A DNA stretch of 64,000 nucleotides, taken from the NCBI GenBank assembly GCA_964519305.1, contig CAZFHY010000012.1:1003-65002 (forward strand). The letters are read 5' to 3'. The DNA is from Candidatus Undinarchaeota archaeon (GTDB lineage: Archaea > SpSt-1190 > JASMDC01). Of the stretch, positions 1-9,502 are shown one piece after another. Under the pieces are notes generated by a model. That model was not told the origin of the DNA, made no database searches, and saw nothing but the letters and a program-made list of their open reading frames with translations. The position numbers and the translations under genes are program-made. How positions within the stretch are numbered: position 1 is the first letter of the stretch; each line of letters opens with the position of its first letter.

Positions 1-1764
1 TTCGATGCTCTCTGTCTTGTCGCCATCCATCAGATAGAGCTTCTCGGCGGCCTTCACCACCGTGGGAACGTAGTCCTTTGCCCGCGGGGTCAGGAGGATA
101 GCGGACTTCTCCAGATGGGCCGAGGCCCGCTTTGGATCTCCCTTGAGGAACTTGGCGCACTTCTGGTGCAGTTCAACGGACGTGTTGACGTTGATGCTCT
201 CGTACTCGGCAGCGCATGACTCCATGTGCTGGATGGCGCTCTGTTCGTCTCCTAGAAGGTGGTACCCTTCGGAGATAGTCTCAAGGAGGAACGGAGGGAA
301 GGTCCCGATCTCCAGCACCTTGTTCATTCGGGAGGGAAGGATGACCTCCTTATAGTATCCAAGCTCACCGGAGCGCTCCTTCCGCAACCGGAGGCAGGCG
401 CTCATCACTTGTTCCAGGTCCTGGATGCGGTCCACGGCCTCACGATTGGTAACATCGATCTGCATGCTCCGCAGAGCGTCCGATGCACCGATACGAACGT
501 CGGGGTCCGAGTACTCCAAGAGCTCGATAAGAGGTTCGACCGCTGCCTTGTCACCGATCTTACCAAGTGCCACGACCGCTTTGTGTCGGAGGTCCAGGTT
601 CGATTGCTTGAGTAGTTCTACGAGGGAGGGCACGGCCTGTTTGTCACCGATAAGCCCGAGAGCAGTGATAGTCTGCGAACGGACGCCCTCGTTCTCGTCC
701 TCGAGTGTCTTGATGAGTGGATCTGTGGCCTTGCTGTGGCCAATCTTGCCGAGCGCTTCGATTACGTTGATGCGGACCGCACCTACGGGATCCTTTAGCT
801 TCTTGATCAAGGAATCTATTGCTCGCTCGTCGCCGAGCTTCCCCAGTGCAATAGCTGCCTCTTCCCGGACCTCGCCTTCCAGGTCGAACAGGGTCTCCAT
901 CAGGGGTTCCACTGCCCGTTCATCACCGAAGTTTCCGAGCGCCTTGGCAGTGCGTGCACGCACCTCGTTATCCGCAGCGTTCAATGTCCGGATGAGCGGT
1001 TCGATAGCCCGACGGTCTCGCATATCCTCCAAGTACCCCACCGCGGTCTGTCGGACGTCCGCATCCGGATCGTCGAGGAGTTCGATGAGGGGATCAATCA
1101 CTTCAGGCACTCCCATCTTGCCCAGCGCCTCGGCCGCCTTGGCCCGCACGACAGGATCCAGGTCGTCCACAAGGAGGACTAAGGCCCCGACCGCGCGGCG
1201 GTCGCCCAAGGTCCCGATCGACTCCACGACTACGGCGCGGACTTCGGGATCCATGTCCTTGAGCAACTCAACAAGGGCAGAGAGCGAGCGGCGGTCGCCG
1301 ATCCTTCCCAAGGCCTCCGCGGACTTCGTCCGGACCTCGACGTTCTCGTCCTTGAGCAGTTCCACGAGCGGTGCCACAGCCTCGGTCCCTATGTGCGTGA
1401 GCGCCCACTTGGCGCGTCTGGAAAGGTCCTCGTCGGCATCGCAGAGGGCGTGGACGAGCGGTGATACGGCCGGTGCGCCGATCTTCGCGAGCGCCCAGGC
1501 GGAGAAGTCGCGCACCTCAGGAGATGTGTCCCGTAGAAGACGGACCAGTTGGTGTACCGCCTCGTCCATCTTGAGCACGCCCAACGCCCACGAGGAGTAC
1601 TTGCGAACGGAAGCGGAGGGATCTTTGAGAGCGCCGATGAATAGGTCCTTTAATGAAAGGTCCTCGAGGTTACCGAGGGCGATGATCGCGTGAGCACGGA
1701 CGTCCCGGTCAGGATCCCGCGCCAGCTGGAGGAGCCTCTGTTTGTGAGTATTCCCTTCTTTCAC
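1..1764 (-). CDS. HEAT-repeat (PBS-lyase-like) protein, partial; its 3' end lies beyond the window start
   Basis: Minus-strand translation gives roughly 30-aa periodic repeats of the form L..LL.D.d..VR..A..ALG.IG (e.g. LVELLKDENVEVRTKSAEALGRIGD; LQLARDPDRDVRAHAIIALGNL). It is not in the ORF track because it runs off the window edge. The 5' end is ambiguous (GTG at 1764, ATG at 1569, or further upstream) and overlaps the 5' region of the divergent ATPase gene. Confidence 0.6.
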   Translation of the reverse strand, partial: MKEGNTHKQRLLQLARDPDRDVRAHAIIALGNLEDLSLKDLFIGALKDPSASVRKYSSWALGVLKMDEAVHQLVRLLRDTSPEVRDFSAWALAKIGAPAVSPLVHALCDADEDLSRRAKWALTHIGTEAVAPLVELLKDENVEVRTKSAEALGRIGDRRSLSALVELLKDMDPEVRAVVVESIGTLGDRRAVGALVLLVDDLDPVVRAKAAEALGKMGVPEVIDPLIELLDDPDADVRQTAVGYLEDMRDRRAIEPLIRTLNAADNEVRARTAKALGNFGDERAVEPLMETLFDLEGEVREEAAIALGKLGDERAIDSLIKKLKDPVGAVRINVIEALGKIGHSKATDPLIKTLEDENEGVRSQTITALGLIGDKQAVPSLVELLKQSNLDLRHKAVVALGKIGDKAAVEPLIELLEYSDPDVRIGASDALRSMQIDVTNREAVDRIQDLEQVMSACLRLRKERSGELGYYKEVILPSRMNKVLEIGTFPPFLLETISEGYHLLGDEQSAIQHMESCAAEYESINVNTSVELHQKCAKFLKGDPKRASAHLEKSAILLTPRAKDYVPTVVKAAEKLYLMDGDKTESIE

Positions 1765-2979
1765 GATCCCAAGGATATCCCCGTTCCGGACCTGCTCCTT
1801 GAAGGGATCCTCCTTTCGGACGACAACATCGAGGAGATCGTGGTCAACTGCTCCACAGAGCCCTTGTGGATCTACCATCGCAGGTTCGGCTGGCTCAAGA
1901 CCAACATCATCATCCCCACGGAACCCCAGATCCATAACTATGCGTCCATCATCGCAAGACGGGTCGGTCGACAGATCACCACGCTCGAACCGCTCCTGGA
2001 CGCGCACCTGGTCACCGGCGACCGCGCCAACGCCACTCTGTTCCCCATATCCAGCAAGGGCAACTCGATGACCATCCGACGGTTCGCCCGGAAGCCCTGG
2101 ACCATCTCCAACTTCCTCAAGACCAGAACACTCAACTCCGAGGCGGCAGCTCTCATCTGGCTCGTGATGCAGTACGAGATGAACATGATCGTCTCGGGAG
2201 GTACGGGTTCGGGAAAGACATCGTTCCTCACGGTCTGTATGCCGTTCATCCAGCCCAACCAGCGTATTGTCTCGATCGAGGACACGCGCGAGCTCCAGCT
2301 CCCCCGTTTCCTCCACTGGGTACCAATGACCACTCGTCAGCCCAATCCCGAAGGGAAGGGTGAGATCACAATGCTCGATCTCATGATCAACAGCTTGCGT
2401 ATGCGTCCTGACCGTATCATCCTGGGTGAAACGCGTCGCCAGAAAGAGGCAGAGGTTCTCTTTGAGGCCATGCTGACGGGTCACTCTGTGTACTCCACGG
2501 TCCACGCTGATACGGCCTCCCAGACCATCAAACGTCTGGCCAATCCCCCTATCAACGTCCCCGAGTCGATGCTCGAGGCCGTCCACCTGAATGTGGTGAT
2601 GTTCCGGGACCGCCGAAAGAGCATCCGACGCTGCTTCCAGATAGCAGAGTTCCTCCCCACGAGCGAGACGGAGGGGACCGGTATGAAAGCGAACCTCCTC
2701 TACCGCTGGCGCCCGAACACGGACACAATCACTGCCCACTCCAAGTCGGTCTCGCTCTTCGACAAGCTCTCGATGCACACAGGACTTACCGAGCTGGAGA
2801 TCACCGAGCAACTCGTCACGAAGAAGAAGGTCCTTGACTGGACCCTGAAGAACAACATCTTCGAACTGGATGAGATCGGACAGATCATGGCCCTGTACTA
2901 CTCGGACCCGGACGGTGTGTTGGAGGTCGTGGAGAAGAACCAGAGCTCGCGCAAGCTCCTCGGTGTGGAGGTCAATTAG
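1690..2979 (+). CDS. Tad/type-IV-pilus family secretion ATPase (TadA/CpaF/FlaI-like, T2SSE domain)
   Basis: Walker A GGTGSGKTSFL; IILGETR Walker-B/Asp box region; a conserved N-proximal block IEEIVVN...ARRVGRQI...TIRRF typical of GspE/VirB11-family ATPases. GTG start at 1690 (the start is uncertain; an alternative GTG lies at 1744). Confidence 0.85.
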   Translation: MSTDVPVRIPRQLEEPLFVSIPFFHDPKDIPVPDLLLEGILLSDDNIEEIVVNCSTEPLWIYHRRFGWLKTNIIIPTEPQIHNYASIIARRVGRQITTLEPLLDAHLVTGDRANATLFPISSKGNSMTIRRFARKPWTISNFLKTRTLNSEAAALIWLVMQYEMNMIVSGGTGSGKTSFLTVCMPFIQPNQRIVSIEDTRELQLPRFLHWVPMTTRQPNPEGKGEITMLDLMINSLRMRPDRIILGETRRQKEAEVLFEAMLTGHSVYSTVHADTASQTIKRLANPPINVPESMLEAVHLNVVMFRDRRKSIRRCFQIAEFLPTSETEGTGMKANLLYRWRPNTDTITAHSKSVSLFDKLSMHTGLTELEITEQLVTKKKVLDWTLKNNIFELDEIGQIMALYYSDPDGVLEVVEKNQSSRKLLGVEVN

Positions 2980-3915
2980 GTGGTCACGAGTGAGAAACCA
3001 ATCGTGACCACCGAACCCGTCTTCGAGATGGAGATCACGCGCCTGCCCATCTGGCCGGTGCCCATCGACAAGGCGGCAGCGCAGTCCCACACGTTCCTCG
3101 GGTTCGCCCAGATGATCAGGCCGGGATTCCCCGAGCTGGACCTCACCCTGCGTCAGGCCAAGGTCGGTATCGACGCCGAGGTTTTCCTCTCCATCGCCTG
3201 CTACTACTCGTTCCGCATGACCATTATGTTGCTCATAGCGTTCGAGTTCTTCGCGTTCCAGACGGGCTCGGAGCAGGGTATCGTCTGGGCACCCATCATC
3301 GCAATCCTCCTCGGCTGCTTCCACGTGATGTACCAGGCCATGTATCCCAAGCTCCTGGTAATCAAGAAGGTCAAGGCCCTCGAGCGCAACCTCCTCTTCG
3401 CCCTGCGCGCCATGCTCATCCAGGTGAACTCGGGCATCTCCCTCTACCACTCCCTGGCCCTCATCGCTAGCGGCGAGTACGGGCTGGTGTCCGAGGAGTT
3501 CAACAAGGCCATCACCCGCATCAATGCCGGTATCCCCGAAGAGGAGGTGCTCATGGAGCTTGCCATGGAGAACCCATCCATGTTCTTCCGGCGTGCCATC
3601 TGGCAGATCGCCAACGCCGTCACCGCGGGCTCGGACGTGAGCCACACCCTTCGCGAGATCATCAAGACGCTTTCAAAGGAACAGGGCGTGCAGCTTCGTG
3701 CCTACGGCTCACAACTCAATCCAATGGCGCTCATGTACATGATGATCGCCGTCATCCTTCCTTCTCTCGGCGTCACGTTCATGATCGTGCTCTCGGGCCT
3801 CCCGTCGGTGAACGTGTCCGAGATCATGTTCTGGCTCCTCTATGCGGGTGTGGCGCTGTTCCAGTTCATGTTCATGGGGATGATCAAACAGAAGAGGCCC
3901 AGCCTGCTGGGGTGA
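2980..3915 (+). CDS. T2SSF-domain membrane protein (TadB/FlaJ-like platform protein)
   Basis: GTG start immediately after the ATPase stop. T2SSF-like helical cytoplasmic domain (LERNLLFALRAMLIQVNSGISLYHSLALIA...TLREIIKTL) flanked by TM segments. Confidence 0.75.
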   Translation: MVTSEKPIVTTEPVFEMEITRLPIWPVPIDKAAAQSHTFLGFAQMIRPGFPELDLTLRQAKVGIDAEVFLSIACYYSFRMTIMLLIAFEFFAFQTGSEQGIVWAPIIAILLGCFHVMYQAMYPKLLVIKKVKALERNLLFALRAMLIQVNSGISLYHSLALIASGEYGLVSEEFNKAITRINAGIPEEEVLMELAMENPSMFFRRAIWQIANAVTAGSDVSHTLREIIKTLSKEQGVQLRAYGSQLNPMALMYMMIAVILPSLGVTFMIVLSGLPSVNVSEIMFWLLYAGVALFQFMFMGMIKQKRPSLLG

Positions 3916-3916
3916 T

Positions 3917-4927
3917 ATGATGGCGTTCCGTAAAGAGTACCTGTACATCACCCTCGCCCAGCTGGTGCCCCGCGTCGTGCAGGATAGTATCGAAGAGCTC
4001 ATGCTCTTCTGTGAGATCGAAATGGACTCCAGGGTGTTCCTCGGGCTCATGCTTATCGGTGGAACACTATTCTCCCTGGCAGCAGGTATCTATGCTGTGT
4101 TCGCCTTTAAAGTAGGCATCATCTTCGGGTTCATCCCGATCGTCGCTATCGCGTTCATTCTCACGGAGAGCGGTATCTACATCGCCCTCACGCTCTCAGC
4201 AGACGCCAGTGGCCTCTATGCGGAAGAGGTCCTCCCCGACGCACTGCAGCTCATGGCCTCCAACCTCCGCGCCGGGCTCACGCCCGACCGGGCCTTGTTG
4301 GTCTCAGCCCGACCTGAGTTCGGTTCGCTCGAGCGGGCCATCCGGCGCACATCGAAGGAGGTGATCGCTGGAAAGAACCTCCCCGACGCGCTCCTCGAGC
4401 TCCCCAAGAACATCAAGTCGAAGGTCCTCATGCGCACCATCCAGCTCATTTCCCAAGGTATACGCTCGGGTGGTAAGATAGCCGACCTCCTTGAACAGAC
4501 CGCCGACGACATGCGCACCCAGAAGATCATCCAGAAGGAGGTTCGTGCGACGGTGCTCATGTATGAGATCTTCATCACACTGGCCGTAGGCTTCGGCGGC
4601 CCGCTGCTCTTCGGCGTGTCGTCCTATCTTACCACTGTGCTCACCGCGCAAACGTCGGCAGGGGGGCAAGTGCCCGACGAGGTCACCTCGAGCATGCCGA
4701 TCGCCCCCATGGGCAAGATCACCATCGACGAGAACTTCGTGGTCATGTACGCAGTTGCCTGTCTCACGCTATCCTCGGTGTTCGGCTCGCTCATCATAGG
4801 GTTGCTCAAAGAGGATAACGAGCTGGCAGGTGTTAAGTTCATCCCACCAATGCTTGTCACAGCGCTATCCCTCTTCTTCGGGGTCAGGCACTTCATATTC
4901 ACGTACTTCGGCGATATGCTGATGTGA
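3917..4927 (+). CDS. T2SSF-domain membrane protein (TadC/FlaJ-like platform protein)
   Basis: Second T2SSF domain (LQLMASNLRAGLTPDRALLVSARPEFGSLERAIRR...IADLLEQTADDMR) with N- and C-terminal TM segments. Tightly coupled to the preceding gene. Confidence 0.75.
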   Translation: MMAFRKEYLYITLAQLVPRVVQDSIEELMLFCEIEMDSRVFLGLMLIGGTLFSLAAGIYAVFAFKVGIIFGFIPIVAIAFILTESGIYIALTLSADASGLYAEEVLPDALQLMASNLRAGLTPDRALLVSARPEFGSLERAIRRTSKEVIAGKNLPDALLELPKNIKSKVLMRTIQLISQGIRSGGKIADLLEQTADDMRTQKIIQKEVRATVLMYEIFITLAVGFGGPLLFGVSSYLTTVLTAQTSAGGQVPDEVTSSMPIAPMGKITIDENFVVMYAVACLTLSSVFGSLIIGLLKEDNELAGVKFIPPMLVTALSLFFGVRHFIFTYFGDMLM

Positions 4928-6308
4928 CGCTGGCAGGCTGTGGTCCCTCCCCGGCGTATGCAGCGATGGCGCATATGGCAACAGTGAGGCTCAGATAGTT
5001 CATGTGGAGCGAGCGCATGAATATTGACGCCACCAGCAGGGTGGCAGCGAATCCTGTGCACATGGCTCGGAATGTGCCCTTCCTGGCCTGACGCCTAAGT
5101 AAAGTAATTGCGACTGGAAGAGTGACAGCGATGTGGAACAGCCACATGGGAAAACCGCCCCTCGAGGACGCGAGCCCTAGATGGAGCAGGATGGTGCCGA
5201 TGCCGTAGGAGTAGTAGCCCCGCAGTGGGTACTCCTCGGCCGAGCCCCCCATTGTGTAGAGCACGGTGTCGTCGATGAACGACCACGGGTCCAAGAGGAA
5301 GAAGGGTGCATTGATAATGAGTACGGTAACAGCAAGGTAGACCATCGCCCTGCTACTCAAGACCTTCCTCACCCTGTTCTTGTCAAGCTCGCCCGGGCCG
5401 TAACCGGAGGCGGCGAGGGCGAAGAAGGGAAAGTAGATCCAGGCCAGCTGCTTGCTCGACAACGCGAGCCCCGCGGCGATACCGGCCGGAGCGTACCTCC
5501 GCTCGCGGAGGAGCACCAAGCTCATCACTAGCCATGAGAGCACGAACACGTCGTTGTATCCCGATAACATCCAGGGGAGCATGAGCGGGTTGAGGAGGAC
5601 GAGGGCCTCCAATGATCGCTTATTCGGTCCGTCCTGCGCGAGCCGTGGAAGGTAGAGCGCGAGGAGACAGTACGAGATAAGGAGGACTATGCGATTGTCG
5701 AAGAATCCCACGGCGGCCTCCATGAGGATGGCGAAGGGCACGGCGAAGACGACGTGGAAAGGCATGTAGGCATAGTGTGCCAGCGCTGGATTGCGTGCGT
5801 AGCCTAGTTTGTGGAAGACCCCATCGTACCTGCCTGAGTCGACCACGGTGCCCCCGTAGTCCTCAGTGTAGGGATTTCGGCCCTGGAGCACCAGTGTCAC
5901 CACGTACTCCTCCTGGAGCAGTCCGTCGAACTGGTTCTTGTCGTCGCCCGAGCGGTGACGGGCGTACACGTGGAAGAGCAACGGGATAACGACCACCAAC
6001 AGGACGATAGTCCCGAAGCACGTCCTCCTAATGATCCGTTGCCAGCGGACGGACCACGCGCTCCCAAGGACGTCCACCATGAGGTAGATCACAGCGAGCC
6101 CGAGCGAAATGGACCCGATGAGCCACTTGAGAGGTTGCCCGAAGAAAATCCCTGCCACCGGCGCTCCGACCAATCCCAGGAGATTGTTCATGGTAGGGAC
6201 GTTAGCGGCCATAAGGAGCGTGAGGACCAATAGAAGGATGCTATCAGGTCCTATAAGCCCATCCCCGTCATCCGCAGGAGCACCACCGTCCGTTTTACGT
6301 TCTTCCAC
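4899..6308 (-). CDS. polytopic integral membrane protein (more than 10 TM), possibly a GT-C-like glycosyltransferase or a DUF2029-like protein
   Basis: 469-aa ORF that is hydrophobic throughout, with loops containing acidic and aromatic residues. No catalytic motif was recognised with confidence. Confidence 0.45.
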   Translation of the reverse strand: MEERKTDGGAPADDGDGLIGPDSILLLVLTLLMAANVPTMNNLLGLVGAPVAGIFFGQPLKWLIGSISLGLAVIYLMVDVLGSAWSVRWQRIIRRTCFGTIVLLVVVIPLLFHVYARHRSGDDKNQFDGLLQEEYVVTLVLQGRNPYTEDYGGTVVDSGRYDGVFHKLGYARNPALAHYAYMPFHVVFAVPFAILMEAAVGFFDNRIVLLISYCLLALYLPRLAQDGPNKRSLEALVLLNPLMLPWMLSGYNDVFVLSWLVMSLVLLRERRYAPAGIAAGLALSSKQLAWIYFPFFALAASGYGPGELDKNRVRKVLSSRAMVYLAVTVLIINAPFFLLDPWSFIDDTVLYTMGGSAEEYPLRGYYSYGIGTILLHLGLASSRGGFPMWLFHIAVTLPVAITLLRRQARKGTFRAMCTGFAATLLVASIFMRSLHMNYLSLTVAICAIAAYAGEGPQPASVTSAYRRST

Positions 6309-6483
6309 AGTGGCCGACCTGTGCGGATGAGCATGTTAGACGTTAAATGCTTGATGGCCCCGACGCTGCCGGTGCGTGTGCAACGGAAACGTTTAAAACG
6401 TGCAGCGGGCAGGTCAGGGAGGCCGAGAACCGTGGTGCATCGGCGCCATCCGTACCGGCAAGAACTGACATAATGGTGATAGC

Positions 6484-6702
6484 ATGGAAGACGAGGTCAA
6501 GAAGATCATCGAGACAGAGATCGCCCCCGCCCTCAAGATGGACGGCGGCAACATCGAGCTCATCGGCGTCGAGGACGGCGTCGTCAAGGTCAAGCTACAG
6601 GGCGCCTGCGCGGGTTGCCCCATGAGCCAGATGACCCTGATCAACTTCGTAGAGAAGACCCTCAAGCAGAAGGTCCCCGGGGTCAAGCGCGTCGAGGGCT
6701 GA
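6484..6702 (+). CDS. NifU-like (Nfu C-terminal domain) Fe-S cluster scaffold protein
   Basis: 72 aa, with the diagnostic CAGCPMSQMTL motif and overall Nfu fold signature (GG.IEL..VEDGVVKVKLQGAC). Confidence 0.85.
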   Translation: MEDEVKKIIETEIAPALKMDGGNIELIGVEDGVVKVKLQGACAGCPMSQMTLINFVEKTLKQKVPGVKRVEG

Positions 6703-6865
6703 GGGAACCAGGACACGACCACGGCCGATCGTCGTATCGTCATCAGCGGCGGTCTAATGGTGGAATACTGTACCTCCACTGAGATTGATCGATGCGGTGG
6801 CGCATATCGTGATCCACATATTACACGGTAGACACGGAACAACATTGAAGAAAGGTGGAACGAAA

Positions 6866-7747
6866 ATGATCCTGAACACGGACCGACTGCTGGCCCTGCT
6901 CGCATGCCTCCTGCTCCTCGCCGGTTGCACTGGTGGTGAAACACCCGCGGAGGACCCACGCCTGAAGGCCAATCCCGTCGGGGCGGACGGCCTCATAGTC
7001 AGGACCACTGAAGTGCCGGTCGGCAGCACACATCACTTCCTGTTCAGAGGGAACACGGCCGCCGTGCTCATCAACGTGAACGGTGTGTTCCGGGCGTACA
7101 TCAACAACTGTGACCACGAGGGAGGGTTCGTAGCACTGGAGAAGGAAAGCCTGGTCTGCCAGTGGCACGACAGCAGGTTCGATCCTGACACGGGAGCGCT
7201 CCAGCAGGGACCGGCCACAGGACCTTTGAGCACCATCCCCGTCACCGTAAAGGACGGTGGTGTGTACCTCACCGAGGCGTTGAAGGCAGAGGCCACGGTC
7301 ATCGCTACAGAGATCCCGCCCACACCCACCGGGGCGCCTGTCGCACCCACTGAGCCACCGATCGTGCCCACAGACCAACCGGCGACACCAACCAATGTTC
7401 CGGAGCCAACGCCGGCCCCCACGGCGGAACCCACTCCGGACGCGGTCACGGCAGCAAGCCCACAGATCATCGTCAGGACCACCGATCTCCCGCCGGGCGC
7501 TACAATCGAGTTCGATTACAACGGTCGCGATGCGATCATCGTCAACTTCAACGGGATCTATCGAGCGTACATCAACAAATGCAATCACTCCGATGGGCCT
7601 AACGAGCTTAGGGATACCGCTATCGTGTGCAAGTGGCATGGCTCCCAGTTCGATCCCGATACGGGCGCCCTTGTGCGGGGACCTGCGACGGCTCCCCTCG
7701 AGCAGATCAAGCTCACCATCATAGGTGACAAGATCTACGCTGCATAG
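6866..7747 (+). CDS. secreted lipoprotein with two tandem Rieske [2Fe-2S] domains separated by a Pro/Thr-rich linker
   Basis: Internal ATG gives MILNTDRLLALLACLLLLAGCTGG (signal peptide plus lipobox-like Cys). Two CxH...CxxH boxes: CDHEGG...CQWHDSRFDPDTGAL and CNHSDG...CKWHGSQFDPDTGAL. The linker PTPTGAPVAPTEPPIVPTDQPATPT is typical of archaeal surface tethers. Confidence 0.7.
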   Translation: MILNTDRLLALLACLLLLAGCTGGETPAEDPRLKANPVGADGLIVRTTEVPVGSTHHFLFRGNTAAVLINVNGVFRAYINNCDHEGGFVALEKESLVCQWHDSRFDPDTGALQQGPATGPLSTIPVTVKDGGVYLTEALKAEATVIATEIPPTPTGAPVAPTEPPIVPTDQPATPTNVPEPTPAPTAEPTPDAVTAASPQIIVRTTDLPPGATIEFDYNGRDAIIVNFNGIYRAYINKCNHSDGPNELRDTAIVCKWHGSQFDPDTGALVRGPATAPLEQIKLTIIGDKIYAA

Positions 7748-7756
7748 GATCGTGGA

Positions 7757-9502
7757 GTGCCCATCATGGCTGATCCTTTCGGAGCGTTTCCGTCGTTCGT
7801 GTTAGGACTGGGCTCTGCCTTCATGTACGGGCTCTCCCATTCCCTTGGTGCCTGCATCTATTCCTGTCTACCTGTGTACATGCCCATCATCGTGGGGTAC
7901 GGCGATGATCCGAAAAAGGGATTCAGGCTCTCTCTGGGATTCGCTGCCGGGAGGTTCACGGGCTACTTCCTCCTCGGCATCGCAGCCGCTTTCCTCGGTG
8001 CGGCCTTCATCGACTTCTTTTCCACGACATTCCCCCATATCGGGACCGCTGTTCTCGCATTATTCGGACTTGTCACGCTCTTCTACGGTACCATCATGCT
8101 ATCCAGGATCGACCTACCTACTCTCTCAGGGCACTACTGCAAGACCTTTCGTGACAGCACACAGGGATATGACAACCCCTACATCGCAGCCTACCTCCTC
8201 GGCCTCACGTCCACGGTCACGCCCTGCGTACCCATATTCACGTTCCTCCTCCTCCCCTTTGCGCTCGGACGTGTTTGGGAGACCGTACCGGTGACCATCG
8301 CCTTCGGTCTCGGTGCCAACATCCCGTTCGTGTTCATCGGAGTGGCCCTGGCATTTGGAGTGCAGAACGTCAAGCAACGGTTCGACACCTGGCGCCCACG
8401 ACTCGAGCTGTTCAGCGGACTAACACTCATCGTGTTCGGTGCGATCTACATCCTTTGGGCCCTAGGTCCGACCATTCTCGGGTGGCAGGTGACGTCCTTC
8501 ACGATCCCGGACATCCGTGATATTGCAGCTCTGGCGATGTACATCCCACCGACCGTGGTCGAGGGACAATCGCTCTCCCCCTGCCTGCGCGTCGGTTCTG
8601 TGCTGATCCCCGGGAGCGAACCGTACGTGGGGCGGCCGTTCAATGTGGACGTCATCATGACCAACATCTGTGATAGGTCGGTAGAGGCCAGTCTGGTCCC
8701 GGCACTGCCTCCCGGCGTCCACACGGATACACCCATCCCGCTCGTGGCCAACGTGGAGCCCGGTCGGAGCGCGTTGCTCCGGCTCCCCCTTTGGACCGAC
8801 ATAGGGTGGGGCTCCATCATCGATATCGGTGTGGTCCTGGCCGCTGGCGACAGCGCAGGCAGACTACTTCGGCTCGAGCTTCCTGTCGAACTGCGCAATC
8901 CGTTCCTTGAAGTGTCATTCTTCGCTATCACGACCATACTCGTGCTCGCGATGCTGGTCTGGCGCTCACGCAAGGATGGTGAGAACAGCATGCTCCCGCT
9001 CGTCCTGACCGCCGTGGGCATGATCATCGTCGGTATGGCCATTCTCTCCCTGGTAAAAGGTCCGGTCCTCGGGAACAGTGGGTTCTACAATCTTGAGCTC
9101 CTCATGGTCGGGACCATCATCGTGTTCTGGTCCGTGGATATTACCAACCTCTTCAGTGAGCACCCGGACCTGTTCCTCCTCGCCTCGCTGTTCTTCGTTC
9201 GCTTCTACCTGTTCGAACCCGCCTATGGTTTCGGGACCGGGATGAGCTTGTTGACGATCACGACCCGTACCTATGTAACGGACCTTGCCGTAGCTCTCGT
9301 GTCAGTCATCCTTCCGCCAGTGTTCCACGTGAACGCTCATGCACTGCCTTACGGCGTTGCCCCGCTCATTGGTGGGACCGCTTATCTCGCCTGGTGGCTC
9401 ATTCTGTTCAAGGCCATCAGCAGGACCACCAGAACGAGCGCCACGAACGCAGAGGAGCTCATTAGCGCTCCCGGGGCCACGGGTGACGCGGGCGCGGTCT
9501 GA
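7757..9502 (+). CDS. CcdA/DsbD-like thiol-disulfide transporter domain fused to an extracytoplasmic domain and additional TM segments
   Basis: The N-terminal roughly 230 aa show six TM segments with Cys in TM1 (GACIYSCLP) and TM4 (TPCVPIF), matching the DsbD/CcdA SPC.P pattern. This is followed by a roughly 140-aa non-TM domain and 5 or more further TM helices. Confidence 0.5.
   Translation: MPIMADPFGAFPSFVLGLGSAFMYGLSHSLGACIYSCLPVYMPIIVGYGDDPKKGFRLSLGFAAGRFTGYFLLGIAAAFLGAAFIDFFSTTFPHIGTAVLALFGLVTLFYGTIMLSRIDLPTLSGHYCKTFRDSTQGYDNPYIAAYLLGLTSTVTPCVPIFTFLLLPFALGRVWETVPVTIAFGLGANIPFVFIGVALAFGVQNVKQRFDTWRPRLELFSGLTLIVFGAIYILWALGPTILGWQVTSFTIPDIRDIAALAMYIPPTVVEGQSLSPCLRVGSVLIPGSEPYVGRPFNVDVIMTNICDRSVEASLVPALPPGVHTDTPIPLVANVEPGRSALLRLPLWTDIGWGSIIDIGVVLAAGDSAGRLLRLELPVELRNPFLEVSFFAITTILVLAMLVWRSRKDGENSMLPLVLTAVGMIIVGMAILSLVKGPVLGNSGFYNLELLMVGTIIVFWSVDITNLFSEHPDLFLLASLFFVRFYLFEPAYGFGTGMSLLTITTRTYVTDLAVALVSVILPPVFHVNAHALPYGVAPLIGGTAYLAWWLILFKAISRTTRTSATNAEELISAPGATGDAGAV

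Noticed and set aside
425-1693. 422-aa plus-strand ORF (Ser/Arg/Thr-rich)
   Set aside because: It is antisense to the HEAT-repeat gene, which has a clear periodic protein signal on the minus strand. Its low-complexity composition is typical of a GC-rich antisense frame.
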